Assembly: GCF_046119375.1 (NCBI RefSeq)
Contig: NW_027362769.1
Location: forward strand, 186,496,001-186,560,000
DNA: 64,000 nucleotides
Source: Phyllobates terribilis
Taxonomy: Eukaryota
Reading direction: 5' to 3'
Shown: positions 13,427 to 26,580 of the stretch, one piece after another
Numbering within the stretch: the first letter of the stretch is position 1
Layout of the letters: every line of letters begins with the position of its first letter
The notes under the pieces: generated by a model
What the model saw: only the letters and a program-made list of their open reading frames with translations
Database searches by the model: none
Told to the model about the DNA's origin: nothing
Made by a program: the position numbers and the translations under genes

Positions 13427-14440
13427 ATGAGACGGACTCTACAACCCACAGAAGTTGCTCAGGTAGTGCAGCTCATCCAGGATGGCACATCAATGCGAGC
13501 TGTGGCAAGAAGGTTTGCTGTGTCTGTAAGCGTAGTGTCCAGAGGCTGGAGGCGCTACCAGGAGACAGGCCAGTACACCAGGAGACATGGAGGGGGCCGC
13601 AGGAGGGCAACAACCCAGCAGCAGGACCGCTACCTCCGCCTTTGTGCAAGGAGGAACAGGAGGAGCACTGCCAGAGCCCTGCAAAATGACCTCCAGCAGG
13701 CCACAAATGTGCATGTGTCTGCACAAACGGTTAGAAACCGACTCCATGAGGGTGGTATGAGGGTCCGACGTCCACAGATAGGAGTTGTGCTCACAGCCCA
13801 ACACCGTGCAGGACGCTTGGCATTTGCCACAGAACACCAGGATTGGCAAAGTGGCCACTGGCGCCCTATGCTCTTCACAGATAAAAGCAGGTTCACACTG
13901 AGCACATGTGACAGACGTGACAGAGTCTGGAGACGCCGTGGAGAGCGATCTGCTGCCTGCAGCATGACCGGTTTGGCAGTGGGTCAGTAATGGTGTGGGG
14001 TGGCATTTCTTTGGAGGGCCACACAGCCCTCCATGTGCTCGCCAGAGGTAGCCTGACTGCCATTAGGTACCGAGATGAGATCCTCAGACCCCTTGTGAGA
14101 CCATATGCTGGTGCGGTTGGCCCTGGGTTCCTCCTAATGCAGGACAATGCCAGACCTCATGTGGCTGGAGTGTGTCAGCAGTTCCTGCAAGATGAAGGCA
14201 TTGAAGCTATGGACTGGCCGCCCGTTCCCCAGACCTGAATCCGATTGAGCACATCTGGGACATCATGTCTCGCTCCATCCACCAACGTCACGTTGCACCA
14301 CAGACTGTCCAGGAGTTGGCGGATGCTTTAGTCCAGGTCTGGGAGGAGATCCCACAGGAGACCATCCGCAACCTCATCAGGAGCATGCCCAGGCATTGTA
14401 GGGAGGTCATACAGGCACGTGGAGGCCACACACAATACTC
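13427..14440 (+). pseudogene. Tc1 transposase, frameshifted
   Basis: [20 protein letters not shown]...LFTDKSRF; VWGGISLEG...LMQDNARPH; LIRSMPRHCREVIQARGGHTQY, spread over three frames. Confidence 0.9.
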
Positions 14441-15158
14441 AGCCTCATCAGGAGCATGCCCAGGCGTTGTAGGGAGGTCATACAGGCACGTGGAGGCCAC
14501 ACACAATACTCAGCCTCATCAGGAGCATGCCCAGGCGTTGTAGGGAGGTCATACAGGCACGTGGAGGCCACACACAATACTCAGCCTCATCAGGAGCATG
14601 CCCAGGCATTGTAGGGGGGTCATACAGGCACGTGGAGGCCACACACAATACTCAGCCTCATCAGTAGCATGCCCAGGCGTTGTAGGGGGGTCATACAGGC
14701 ACGTGGAGGCCACACACAATACTCAGCCTCATCAGGAGCATGCCCAGGCGTTGTAGGGAGGTCATACAGGCACGTGGAGGCCACACACAATACTCAGCCT
14801 CATCAGGAGCATGCCCAGGCGTTGTAGGGAGGTCATACAGGCACGTGGAGGCCACACACAATACTCAGCCTCATCAGGAGCATGCCCAGGCGTTGTAGGG
14901 AGGTCATACAGGCACGTGGAGGCCACACACAATACTCAGCCTCATCAGGAGCATGCCCAGGCGTTGTAGGGAGGTCATACAGGCACGTGGAGGCCACACA
15001 CAATACTCAGCCTCATCAGGAGCATGCCCAGGCGTTGTAGGGAGGTCATACAGGCACGTGGAGGCCACACACAATACTCAGCCTCATCAGGAGCATGCCC
15101 AGGCGTTGTAGGGAGGTCATACAGGCACGTGGAGGCAACACACAATACTCACCCTCAT
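14372..15158. repeat. 71-bp tandem array, 11 copies, same unit as 1-1997
   Basis: CCTCAT anchors at 14372 and 15153 are 781 bp apart (11 x 71). Confidence 0.97.
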
Positions 15159-17257
15159 TATGACTAGTTTTAAGGACATTACATCACAGTTGGATCGGCC
15201 TGTATTGTGTTTTTCCACTTTAATTTTGGGGGTGACTCCAAATCCAGGCCTCTATTGGTTAATAAATGTGATTTCCATTGATGATTTTTGTGTGATTTTG
15301 TTGTCAGCACATTCAGCTTTGTACAGAACAAAGTATTCAATGAGAAGATTTCATTCATTCAGATCTAGGAGGGGGGATTTCAGGGGTCCCTTTATTTTTT
15401 TGAGCAGTGTATATTATTTTTCCTTTTTTCAGTCCCCTTTGGGCCTGATCGCTTGTATAATATATTGCAATACAAGTGTAAGATGCCTCTGGGCTTCACA
15501 GGCGTATCAATATGGCAGCCATGGGGGTCTTCAGCAGTCTTTCCTTTTTCTGGCTGCCATGGCAATCTGCCAACACCTTAAATGCCACTGTCAGATTTAC
15601 TGCAGCATTTAAGGGGGTTAACGGCAGCTCTGATTGCTGCTGTTACAGGGAGATGCCGGCTGTGTAACGCAGGTCCTGAGCCAGCACCATACACCCGCAC
15701 CGGACATGTGATGTACATGTCGAGCGGAAATCAGGAAGAGGTTAAAACACTGATCAAAAGGGAAATGTACACAAGTATGGCAAACAGAAGCTCCTCACTG
15801 AACAACAATGTATCCATTTGAACATTTTTTTCTAGATCAGATGGATACATCCAAGACACCATCAAAGCATGGTGGAACAAGCTTCAAAGTGTTAGGATTA
15901 TGTTCAGACTGAAAATCTTCCTGGATTTTACTAATCTATCCTTCCATTTAACAGTACACCCGGACCCTGAAGGTCTGCCAGTGGTAAATGTGCCACCCAA
16001 TCCTCCTCCTGCAGTCTTGTGGGGTCCGATGCCTCCTTGTAAACCCCAGACACTTTTTTGTGGTTTGCCTCTTTCCAGTCAGTGACGGCCCTGGTGCACC
16101 TTGGCCCCTGAGGGATCACCTCGTTTCGCGCTGCTGGGGACTGTGACGCTGCTCATTCTGATGCCCAAACCCTTAACCTTTTGTATCCTTTTTCTATCTT
16201 TTCTATCCCTTCATCTGTCATTTCTCTTTGGTCTTCACAGATTTCATCGGATTCCTTTCAGCAATTCTATAATGATGCATTTGCTTCTGCAGCAGGTGGA
16301 GGATCTATGAGAGGTTCTGTGTCTGATATTATTGCAGACTAGTCCATTAACATTTTTAGAGGGTTGAATACTTTTTCATCACACTTTGCCCAGAATATTT
16401 CTGGATTTGGTTTTCCAGGCGACCTATCACATTATAGGCTGACTTTCTACGTGATATATAGCGCCTTTGCTCCATGACCGGTGCCATAGTTTTCCGGCAC
16501 GTTCCCGCTGTTGTCTTGGGTAAAGCTTGGCTCCGCTTCCTTCCCTCTCATTTCTCCTTCAATATTTCCTCTTTATGGACAAGAGGCGACTTGCTGGTGT
16601 GTCGGGCTGGGTGCACGTCCTCCTCTGACTACTACTCATTAAACCCTTCATCGAGGCTTCCTCCTCCCTTTGTCATCATCTTTGTAGAGTTTCTAGCAGG
16701 GGCTCCACCCTGTAAACTTTCTCCATGACTTTTCTGAGGCTCACACATCCTTTCTCGGACTCATGCTATTATTGAAGAAGTGGGACCTGAGGTCGGACGT
16801 CAGCTCCTCGCACCATAGGCATGGGTCGGCCATTCGGGCAGTGAGAGTCGTCCTTTACTCACCGATTTAGATTCTCGTTTATGACCCCAGACTATGTCCA
16901 GGTCCCGCGGCAGTGCAGACTCTCACCTGATGGCTGGATGAGGGTCTTAAAGTTGCCAAACACATTTACTAACTTTTTTTTGCATCTGTATTTTCACGTG
17001 GTACTAAAAACAAATCGCCGTCTCTGGAATAACTTCTCCTATGAAACTAACACATGCGACCCATATAGTGACCACCGTAAAAAATATAGATCAAGATCAC
17101 TAAATGGTGATAATAAATGATGGTTAAAAAGTGTTATAAAACAAAGACAAAAAGAACTTCCCTAATTGCTGTTTTTTTCCTTCATTCTGCCTATGGGAAA
17201 TTGAGTGTTTCCACATTTCTAGAAAGATCTAAGGCCCCGAATCATCATGGCGTTTAA

Positions 17258-18355
17258 CCCCTTCACCCCCGGGCCATTTTCCCTTTTTGCGCTTTTGTTT
17301 TTTTGCTTCCCTTCTTCCCAGAGCCATAACTCTTTTATTTTTTGGTCAATATGGCCATGTGAGGTCTTATTCTTTTGTGGGACAAGTTGTACTTTTGAAC
17401 GACCCCATTAGTTTTATCATATCATGTAGTGGAAAACAGGAAACAAATTCCATAGTGCGGTGAAATTGCAAAAAAGTGCAATTCCACAGTTTTTTTTTTT
17501 ACAACGTTCACTATATGGTAAAACTGAGCTGCCATTATTATTCTCCAGGTTATTACGAGTTCGTAGACACCAAACATGTACAGGTTCTTTTTTATTTAAG
17601 TAATTAAAAAAAAATCCAAAGTTTGTAAAAAAAAAAAAAAAAGTCTCCATTTTCCAAGACCCGTAGCGTCTCCATTGTTCGGGATCTGGAGCCGGGTGAG
17701 GGCTTATTTTTTGAGCGCCGAGCTGACGTTTTTATTGATACCATTTTGGGGTAGATACGATGTTTTGATCGTCCATTATTACATTTTATTGCAATTTATT
17801 GGCGATCAAAAAAACGTAATTCTGGTGTTTTGATTTTTTTTTCTCCTTACACCGTTTACCGATTGGACTAATTATTTTTTTATATTGATAGATCAGGCGA
17901 TTCTGAACAAGGCGATACCAAATATGTGTAGAGTTGAATTTTTTTATTTTGAATGGGGTGAAAGGGGGGTGATTGAAACTTTTATATATTTTTAAAAACA
18001 TTTTTTTTTTACTTTTCATTTGCTTCATTAGTCTCCATGGGAGACTAGAAGCTGCGATTGTCTGATCGTCTGTGTGTAGCAGAAATGCTCACTGGCTATG
18101 AGCACCGGCCACTGGGTGGCGCTGATCCCAGCAATGACATCCGAAGACCCCAGGTTTCCTGCAAACCCCTAGTTGTCATGCCAACCAATCGGCGACCCGC
18201 GGTCATGTGACACGGGCGCCGATGGGCAGGACTTATGACGTCCTTCCGCTGCAGCCACGGCTGTTAGGGGCACATGATCAGAGCAGCGGTCACACCTGCA
18301 GTAAAGGGAGAAACACGACACGTGCTGTACATGCACGGCGCAAGTCGTGAAGGGG
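17258..18355. mobile_element. piggyBac-like non-autonomous element (TTAA target)
   Basis: TTAA|CCCCTTCA ... TGAAGGGG|TTAA; no ORF. Confidence 0.75.
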
Positions 18356-19074
18356 TTAAGCCATTAGGACATAAAACACCTTCAAATGTCACAAAATTAC
18401 TTTGCAACACGAAGTTGCGACTTTTGGCATTTCTACGCATTCCTGGAACCTTCCCCCAAAATGGGCGGAGCTAAGGAGGCGGGGTCAACACATTCATCAA
18501 AAGTGGCGGCATTCCTTACCCCTGTTCCCATCCCTAACTGGAGTAACGTTTAATAATAATGATTTTTGCTTTTATAGCGCCATCATTATCCGCAGCACTT
18601 TACAATTTTAGAAGGGACTTGTACAGACAATGAAGACATCACAGAATAACCCACAACTGATATACCAGAGGGGCGCGGGTCCGGCTGCTCCAAGCTACAA
18701 TCTATGAGGAATAGGGAGACACAAGAGGTGGATGGAGAATGTAGCACAGAACGCTGCATGATCCGGTCAGCAGCCAGTGTGTGCACAGTACGGACACAGA
18801 GGGCTGGTAAGCGCATGCAGGGTGTGAACACGTGCTACCAGGCTCATGATTTTGAAGACACGTTTCTGGTGAGGTGCACATCACTGATGAGCCACATTCA
18901 TTAAGTGGCACTGGAAAAATGAAGTGGTTTCCCAAAGGAAAAAACAAAAACAAATCCATGCTCCATGAGGCACATGCCCCGCAGTCTGCCTAGACCATAG
19001 ATAGCACCTGCACTTGTGCCACTGCTGTGCTGGGTAGATCCACTTCATTTACAGGGTGCTCCAGTAGAACAAGC

Positions 19075-22000
19075 TGGGCACAATGTATTGGGCACTACAA
19101 TGTACAGGCAATGCAATGTATTGGGCACTACAATATATTGGGCACTACAATGTTCAGGCACTACAATGTATTGGGCACTGCAATGTATTGGGCACTACAA
19201 TGTATTGGGCACTACAATGTATTGGGCACTACAATGTATTGGGCACTACAATGTATTGGGCACTACAATGTACAGGCACAGCAATGTATTGGGCACTACA
19301 ATGTATTGGGCACTGCAATGTACAGGCACTGCAATGTATTGGGTACTGCAATGTATTGGGCACTACAAGGTACGGGCACTACAACGTATTGGGCACTACA
19401 ATGTACAGGCACTACAATGTATTGGGTACTATAAGGTACAGATACTGCAATGTACGGGCTATACAATATATTGGGCACTACAACGTACGGGCACTACAAT
19501 GTATTGGGCACTACAATGTATTGGGCACTACAATGTGTTGGACACTACAATGTATTGGGCACTACAATGTATTGGGCACTACAATGTACAGGTATTGCAC
19601 TGTATTGGGCACTGCAATGTATTGGGTACTGCAATGTATTGGGCACTACAAGGTACGGGCAATACAAGGTACGGCAATACAATGTATTGGGCACTACAAC
19701 GTATTGGGCACTACAATGTACAGGCACTACAATGTATTGGGTACTGCAATGTATTGGGCACTATAAGGTACAGACACTGCAATGTACGTGCTATACAATA
19801 TATTGGGCACTACAACGTACGGGCAATACAATGTATTGGGCACTACAATGTACAGGCACTACAATGTACAGGCACTACAATGTATTGGGTACTGCAATGT
19901 ATTGGGCACTATAAGGTACAGACACTGCAATGTACGGGCTATACAATATATTGGGCACTACAACGTACGGGTAATACAATGTATTGGGCACTACAATGTA
20001 CAGGCACTGCAATGTATTGGGCACTAGAATGTACAGGCACTACAATGTATGGGCACTAGAATGTATGGGCAGTACAATGTACGGGCACTGCAATGTATTG
20101 GGTTCTGCAATGTACAGGTACTACAATGTATGGGCACTGCAATGTATGGGCACTACAATGTATGGGGTACTGCAAGGTACGGGCTCTGCAATGTATTGGG
20201 CACTACAATGTACGGGCAATACAATGTCTTGGGCACTACAATGGACAGGCATTGCAATGTGTTGGGCACTACAATGTACAGGCACGACAATGTATTGGGC
20301 ACTAGAATGTACAGGCACTAGAATGTACAGGCACTAGAACGTACAGGCACTAGAACGTACAGGTACTACAATGTATGGGCACTGCAATGTATGGGCACTA
20401 CAATGTATTGGGCACTACAAGGTACGGGCCCTGCAATGAACGGGCACTACAATGTATTGGGCACTACAATGTATTGGGCACTACAATGTAAGGGCAATAC
20501 AATGTAGAGGTACTGCAATTTATTGGGTACTACAATGTACAGGCACTGCAATGTGTTGGGCACTGCAATGTGTTGGGCACTACAATGTACAGGCATGACA
20601 ATGTATTGGGCACTAGAATGTACGGGCACTACAATGTACGGGTACTACAATGTATTGGGCACTAGAATGTATTGGGCACTACAATCTACAGGTACTGCAC
20701 TGTATTGGGCACTGCAATGTATTGGGTACTACAATGTACAGGCACTACAATGTATTGAGTACTGCAATGTATTGGGCACTATAAGGTACAGACACTGCAA
20801 TGTACGGGCTATACAATATATTGGGCACTACAACGTACAGGCAATGCAATGTATTGGGCACTACAATGTATTGGGCACTATAATGTACGGGCAATACAAT
20901 GTACCAGCACTACAATGTATTGGGCACTACAATGTATTGGGCACTACAATGTACGGGCAATACAATGTACAGGTACTGCAATTTATTGGGTACTACAATG
21001 TACAGGCACTGCAATGTGTTGGGCACTGCAATGTGTTGGGCACTACAATGTACAGGCATGACAATGTATTGGGCACTAGAATGTATGGGCACTAGAATGT
21101 ATGGGCACTACAATGTATTGGGTACTGCAATGTATTGGGCACTACAAGGTACGGGCTCTGCAATGAACGGGCAATACAATGTATTGGGCACTACAATGTA
21201 CGGGCAATACAATGTATTGGGCACTACAATGGACAGGCACTGCATTGCGTTTGGCACTACAATGTACAGGCACTACAATGTATTGGGCACTACAATGTAC
21301 AGGCACTGCAATGTATTGGGCACTAGAATGTACAGGCACTACAATGTATGGGCACTAGAATGTACGGGCAGTACAATGTACGGGCACTGCAATGTATTGG
21401 GTTCTGCAATGTACAGGTACTACAATGTATGGGCACTGCAATGTATTGGGCACTACAATGTATTGGGTACTACAATGTATTGGGCACTACAATGTATTGG
21501 GTACTGCAATGTATTGGGCACTACAAGGTACGGGCTCAGCAATGAACGGGCAATACAATGTATTGGACACTACAATGTACGGGCAATACAATGTATTGGG
21601 CACTACAATGGACAGGCATTGCAATGTGTTGGGCACTAGAATGTACAGGCACTAGAATGTACGGGCAATACAATGTACAGGTACTGCAATTTATTGAGTA
21701 CTACAATGTGTTGGGCACTACAATGTACAGGCATGACAATGTATTGGGCACTAGAATGTATGGGCACTAGAATGTATGGGCACTAGAATGTATGGGCACT
21801 ACAAGGTACGGGCCCTGCAATGAACGGGCACTACAATGTATTGGGCACTACAATGTATTGGGAACTACAATGTACGGGCAATACAATGTAGAGGTACTGC
21901 AATTTATTGGGTACTACAATGTACAGGCATGACAATGTGTTGGGCACTAGAATGTACAGGCATGACAATGTATTGGGCACTAGAATGTACAGGCATGACA

Positions 22001-23233
22001 ATGTATTGGGCACTAGAATGTACGGGCACTACAATGTACGGGTACTACAGTGTATTGGGCACTAGAATGTACAGGCACTACAATGTATGGGCACTAGAAT
22101 GTATTGGGCACTACAATGTACAGGCACTGCAATGTGTTGGGCACTAGAATGTACAGGCATGACAATGTATTGGGCACTAGAATGTACGGGCACTAGAATG
22201 TACGGGTACTACAATGTATTGGGCACTAGAATGTACAGGCACTACAATGTATGGGCACTAGAATGTATTGGGCACTGCAATGTTTGGGCACTAGAATGTA
22301 TTGGGCACTGCAATGTACAGGCAGTACAATGTACGGGCACTGCAATGTACAGGCAGTACAATGTATGGGCACTGCAATGTATTGGGTTCTGCAATGTACA
22401 GGTACTGCAATGTATGGGCACTACAATGTATTGGGCACTGCAATGTATTGGGCACTACAAGGTACGGGCTCAGCAATGAACGGGCAATACAATGTATTGG
22501 GCACTACAATGTACGGGCAATACAATGTATTGGGCACTACAATGGACAGGCACTGCAATGTGTTGGGCACTGCAATGTACAGGCACTACAATGTACAGGC
22601 ACGACAATGTATTGGGCACTAGAATGTACAGGCACTAGAATGTATTGGGCACTACAATGTATTGGGCACTACAATGTACAGGTACTGCAATTTACTGGGT
22701 ACTACAATGTGTTGGGCACTACAATGTACAGGCATGACAATGTATTGGGCACTAGAATGTACAGGCACTAGAATGTACGGGCACTAGAATGTAAGGGCAC
22801 TACAATGTATGGGCACTGCAATGTATTGGGCACTGCAAGGTACAGGCCCTGCAATGTACGGGCAATACAATGTACAGGCACTACAATGTGCAGGCACGAC
22901 AATGTATTGGGCACTAGAATGTACAGGCACTAAAATGTATTTGGCACTGAAATGTACGGGAACTACAATGTATTGGGCACTAGAATGTAAGGGCAATACA
23001 GTGTATTGGGCACTACAATGTACGGGCACTGAAATTTATTGGGTACTACAATGTACAGGCACTGCAATGTGTTGGGCACGACAATGTATTGGGCACTAGA
23101 ATGTACAGGCACTACAATGTACGGGTACTACAATGTATTGGGCACTACAAGGTACGGGCCCTGCAATGTATGGGCACTAGAATGTATTGGGCACTAAAAT
23201 GTATTGGGCACTAAAATGTATTGGGCACTACAA
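19075..23233. repeat. About 4.2-kb minisatellite of 15-17 bp monomers with higher-order structure
   Basis: Monomers GGGCACTACAATGTATT / AGGCACTACAATGTAC and variants; recurring multi-monomer blocks. Confidence 0.96.
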
Positions 23234-23644
23234 TGGCACATTTGGAAGTTTTTTGCAACATCCAATTCATGTTTATATCTGGAAACCACCAGTGAGGCCA
23301 AAATAGTCACTGTGCCTGCAGATTAATTCCTAGAGGGATAGAATTTCCAAAACGGACTAGCTTTCGTGAGTTTTCCACTGTTCCCGCACAGCAAAAGGTG
23401 TAACTTTGCAAAAAAAGGTATCATTTAGGGGAACATACAAGGTTTTGATCACATTTTGGGAGAGAGGATCAGTGACTAAACAATTATGTTTTCTCCCCAG
23501 TCTTCCATGACATTTACCGTATGGGTTAAGTAGCTTAAGGTTTTTATAGATCAGGTTTAATGGATCCAGAGATACCAATATCTGTATTTAGTAGCTTCTA
23601 AATTCTTTGTTTTTACCAAAGGAAAAGCTCAGCTTGAACCTATG

Positions 23645-23845
23645 ATAGTCTGGGCTGTATACCGCAGTACGCAGGTAGCTTGGGCTGTATATCACAGTAC
23701 CGTACGTGGGTAGTCTGGGCTATATACCGCAGTACATGGCTAGTCTGGGCTGTATACACTATATACCGAAGTACGTGGGTAGTCTGGGCTGTATACTGCA
23801 GTAAGTGGCTAGTCTGGGCTGTATACGCCATATACTGCAGTACGT
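23645..23845. repeat. Short degenerate tandem repeat (about 30-40 bp units)
   Basis: About 5 copies of TAGTCTGGGCTGTATA...CAGTAC. Confidence 0.7.
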
Positions 23846-23926
23846 CAGTAGGTCGTGAGTCCCAATCACTGCTGATTGACTGGAGCCGATTCCACGTGGA
23901 GGTTGAGATTGTACAAGAATAGATGG

Positions 23927-23932
23927 TTTAAT
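23927..23932 (-). terminator. Candidate IQCB1 polyadenylation signal ATTAAA
   Basis: Minus-strand ATTAAA about 260 nt past the stop codon; usage not verifiable. Confidence 0.3.
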
Positions 23933-24191
23933 ATAAATGGAAAAAAAAATAAATTAGAAAAGTTCAAACAGGTAATTACAACATAGAGCAATGTACGTCC
24001 CTGGGGCCACATATCAGCAGGAGACAGCCGTGGCGCGGGTGGGCATCACTATTACACACACAGGGGTGCGGACTTCAGTGGACGATTCGTTCCTTCACTT
24101 GTGGGGAATTTTGGATGACAAAATGCATTTAACCATGTAAGAACCAGTAACGGGTTTTGGAGAGGGGCGAGCTCTGCGCGTCGGTGGCAGA

Positions 24192-24424
24192 TTACGGCTG
24201 CTTGCTTCCAGCGATGAATATGATGCCATGTTCCAGGTCAGGGATGTCTCCCAGAAAAGCTTCATCTTCCCCTACAAACTCATCGCTCAGCCTCTTCCAC
24301 CAGGGCCAGCGGCTGCGTTTCAGCATTGTGCTGTGGCTTTGCTTGGCTTTAAGGGCGACTGGGACGGATCGGCTGGTGAAGAAGTCGACGTCCTTCTCAG
24401 TGGCATCTCTCAGACTCGGGGCAC
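24192..24424 (-). CDS. IQCB1: IQCB1 (NPHP5) coding exon 13 (last)
   Basis: Acceptor ctccttgtcttgtag; GAPSLRDATEKDVDFFTSRSVPVALKAKQSH...PWWKRL...FIAGSKQP* matches the IQCB1 C-terminus (APSLKEAE...FLSRSRPVAAKAKQAH...PWWKKL...FIGGTKPP). Confidence 0.95.
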
Positions 24425-24513
24425 CTACAAGACAAGGAGTATGCAGCGCACAGTGAGGATGAGAGCAGGAATTCTGGGACTTGTCGGTGGAGACTAGGAA
24501 GCACTGGCCGTAC

Positions 24514-24670
24514 CCATGAGCATGCTGATGTCGGTGTTGATCTGGGCGAGCAGCGCCTCCCTGCGTACCTCGTGTCGCTGCTGCTGCTTTCTGGACAGCA
24601 GGAATTGGCCGAGTCTCTCCTGCACCTTCCCGTGCAGCTCCTGGCTCTGCACTAGTGACATCTGCTGGGC
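24514..24670 (-). CDS. IQCB1: IQCB1 coding exon 12 (157 nt)
   Basis: AG/GT bounded; AQQMSLVQSQELHGKVQERLGQFLLSRKQQQRHEVRREALLAQINTDISMLM. Confidence 0.93.
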
Positions 24671-24732
24671 CTGAGAGGGATGACACCATCATTGTCCCGC
24701 GGACTCCATAGACGCAGCACTTGCACTACTTA

Positions 24733-24898
24733 GGGTTCATGCAAACATCCGCACTGACTGCTATGCACGGACTGGCTGCAGGTCTCCCGATTCGAGTGTG
24801 ACAGCTTCATATATATCTAAGAAGCTGTGACGCTCGGGTTGGTAACGCTGCGGTCAGTCTGTGCTTAGACCAATTTGCACAGACGCTTGCATGAGCCC
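24733..24898. mobile_element. PIF/Harbinger-type MITE
   Basis: TIR GGGTTCATGCAAAC / GCTTGCATGAGCCC (12 of 14 match), flanked by TTA and TCA. Confidence 0.5.
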
Positions 24899-25383
24899 TC
24901 AGTCACACACTAGTGATTCAGACCGTCTAAGACACTCAGATGCTGTATAGAGGTTAGTCTCTCTATAAGAGCACTGATTATAGGAATGCACTTATATTAG
25001 GAGACCGTATTATCAGTATCACCAGTGTTATGCTATGAGGCCGTGTACATGTCCGAATCTTTCCTCGGACAGAGTCGGTCTATATTAATAATTTTTTTCC
25101 CCTCTTGGACACCACTCATGATCGCCATGAAAGTCAATGAGTCTGTGGAAAACATCGGACTGCACTCGGATGACATCTGAGCACAGTCCGATTTCTTCGG
25201 ACTAACAGAATGGAGACGTTTTTCCCTCCATCTTCTCCTCACTGGATCACACTATGATGGAAGTTTGATCATAGTGCGATTTACATCATCAGCTTGATTC
25301 TCTCTGATGAGACTATCCGGTGTGAACCCAGCCGAAGCGGGACAGCTTATCCCATCACAGCAGTGGTAATAGACAACTCTGAC

Positions 25384-25515
25384 CGGGTGGAGCTGGAGCC
25401 GAGCGTCCGCTTTCTGCTGAAGCCTCTTTCGTTCCTCGTCTGAGAGATCTTGTTTTTTTTTCCAAGGAGATAACGATTCCCGGATTCTTCTACGTTTCTT
25501 TAAAAACCTTAGTGC
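25384..25515 (-). CDS. IQCB1: IQCB1 coding exon 11 (132 nt)
   Basis: AG/GT bounded; ALRFLKKRRRIRESLSPWKKKQDLSDEERKRLQQKADARLQLHP. Confidence 0.93.
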
Positions 25516-25612
25516 CTGTGGAATTAAGAAAAAAAAAAAACTATCACATTTCTTCATGACCCCCAAGACACTTGATAATTTCTTTTGGGAGTTTGGCCTG
25601 TTGCAGACGCAC

Positions 25613-25761
25613 CGCCCTCTGGATGGTGAGCGCAGCCTTGTACCGTCTCAGGCTTTGTCTCCGCAGCAGGAATCGTCTTCTATCTCTGCAGCCCCGCCAG
25701 CGTTTCTGGATTATTAGCGCAGACGTCTCCTGCGTTTCCTGGATGTGTTTGTCCATTTGTC
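25613..25761 (-). CDS. IQCB1: IQCB1 coding exon 10 (149 nt), IQ motifs
   Basis: AG/GT bounded; QMDKHIQETQETSALIIQKRWRGCRDRRRFLLRRQSLRRYKAALTIQRA (IQxxWRG motif). Confidence 0.96.
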
Positions 25762-26193
25762 CTGTGCACGATGGAGGTGATTGTTATTACCATTAACCCC
25801 CTTGAGCTTTCTGCCTCCGTTCACTCTCCACAGAACTTTGCTTTTTGTGCATAAAGATGAACAGAAACTGCAGAACATCTTTCCTGGCTGTCCTTGGCCA
25901 ACGCTGATCTACATATTTTCCAGTCCTTATTTCAACCTAATAACTTTGTATTTTGGGGTCTGATCTGCCCCCATATAACACTTTTATCACTATTCTAAAT
26001 TAATTTGTGACCCACCCCTGCCGCCTTTGATCAGTATTTGATCAGTATTTGTGTGCCAGAACCAAGAGTGTCTCCAAAACACAGAAAAGGTGTCAGTTTT
26101 TCAATGATGGCTCTTCTCCCGGCTTTGGCATACAATCACTGAGGTGTGAATGAGGCTGTACATGCCGGTTGCTTGCTCTGAATCCACTGTTAC

Positions 26194-26336
26194 CTGCATG
26201 GACGATTTCCAGCAGCGTCAGCTGCTTCTCTCTGAACGTCCTCATGGCGCGGAGTCTCTGCAGCTTCAGCCGCTCCCTCAGTGTCTCTTCTTCCTTCTGT
26301 CTCTTCATCTGCTTCATCTCTTGGTCACGTTTGGCT
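26194..26336 (-). CDS. IQCB1: IQCB1 coding exon 9 (143 nt), coiled coil
   Basis: AG/GT bounded; AKRDQEMKQMKRQKEEETLRERLKLQRLRAMRTFREKQLTLLEIVHA. Confidence 0.95.
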
Positions 26337-26470
26337 CTACATTTAGGAAGAAGAAACATTTCAATTTCAGACAATTTTATCTAATTCCATACGTTTTATA
26401 GAATCCATATTGAGTCCCGTGCGGCTGCAGAGCCTGAGAGCGGCGGCACATCCTCACGGTGTCCAAGTAC

Positions 26471-26580
26471 CTAAAGCTCCGCTGTAAGGAGGTCACGGCT
26501 GCCGGCAGCTTCCTTATCCTCCTCCGCGTCTGGAATCCCCTCCACGCGGCCTGGACGGTGCACGCCGCGCGGTGCAGTCT
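26471..26580 (-). CDS. IQCB1: IQCB1 coding exon 8 (110 nt), IQ motif
   Basis: AG/GT bounded; RLHRAACTVQAAWRGFQTRRRIRKLPAAVTSLQRSFR. Confidence 0.96.

Larger units (their letters stand above)
13134..15409 (+). mobile_element. Tc1/mariner element, full length (copy B)
   Basis: TA|CACTGCTCAAAAAAAT ... ATTTTTTTGAGCAGTG|TA (16-bp perfect TIR core, TA TSD). Confidence 0.95.
12417..15741. mobile_element. piggyBac-like non-autonomous element (TTAA target) carrying the nested Tc1 copy B
   Basis: TTAA|CCCCTTCCTG ... CAGGAAGAGG|TTAA; internal sequence related to 17258-18355. Confidence 0.65.

Noticed and set aside
16400-16800. Possible decayed MADF/Myb-like coding fragment on the minus strand (Harbinger-type accessory gene)
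   Set aside because: The resemblance is weak and broken by several stops; a profile search (HMMER against MADF) would be needed.
19016-23099. Many Cys/Tyr/Gly-rich ORFs (MYWALQCIGHYNV...)
   Set aside because: Translation of the 15-17 bp minisatellite; no splice structure or codon signature.
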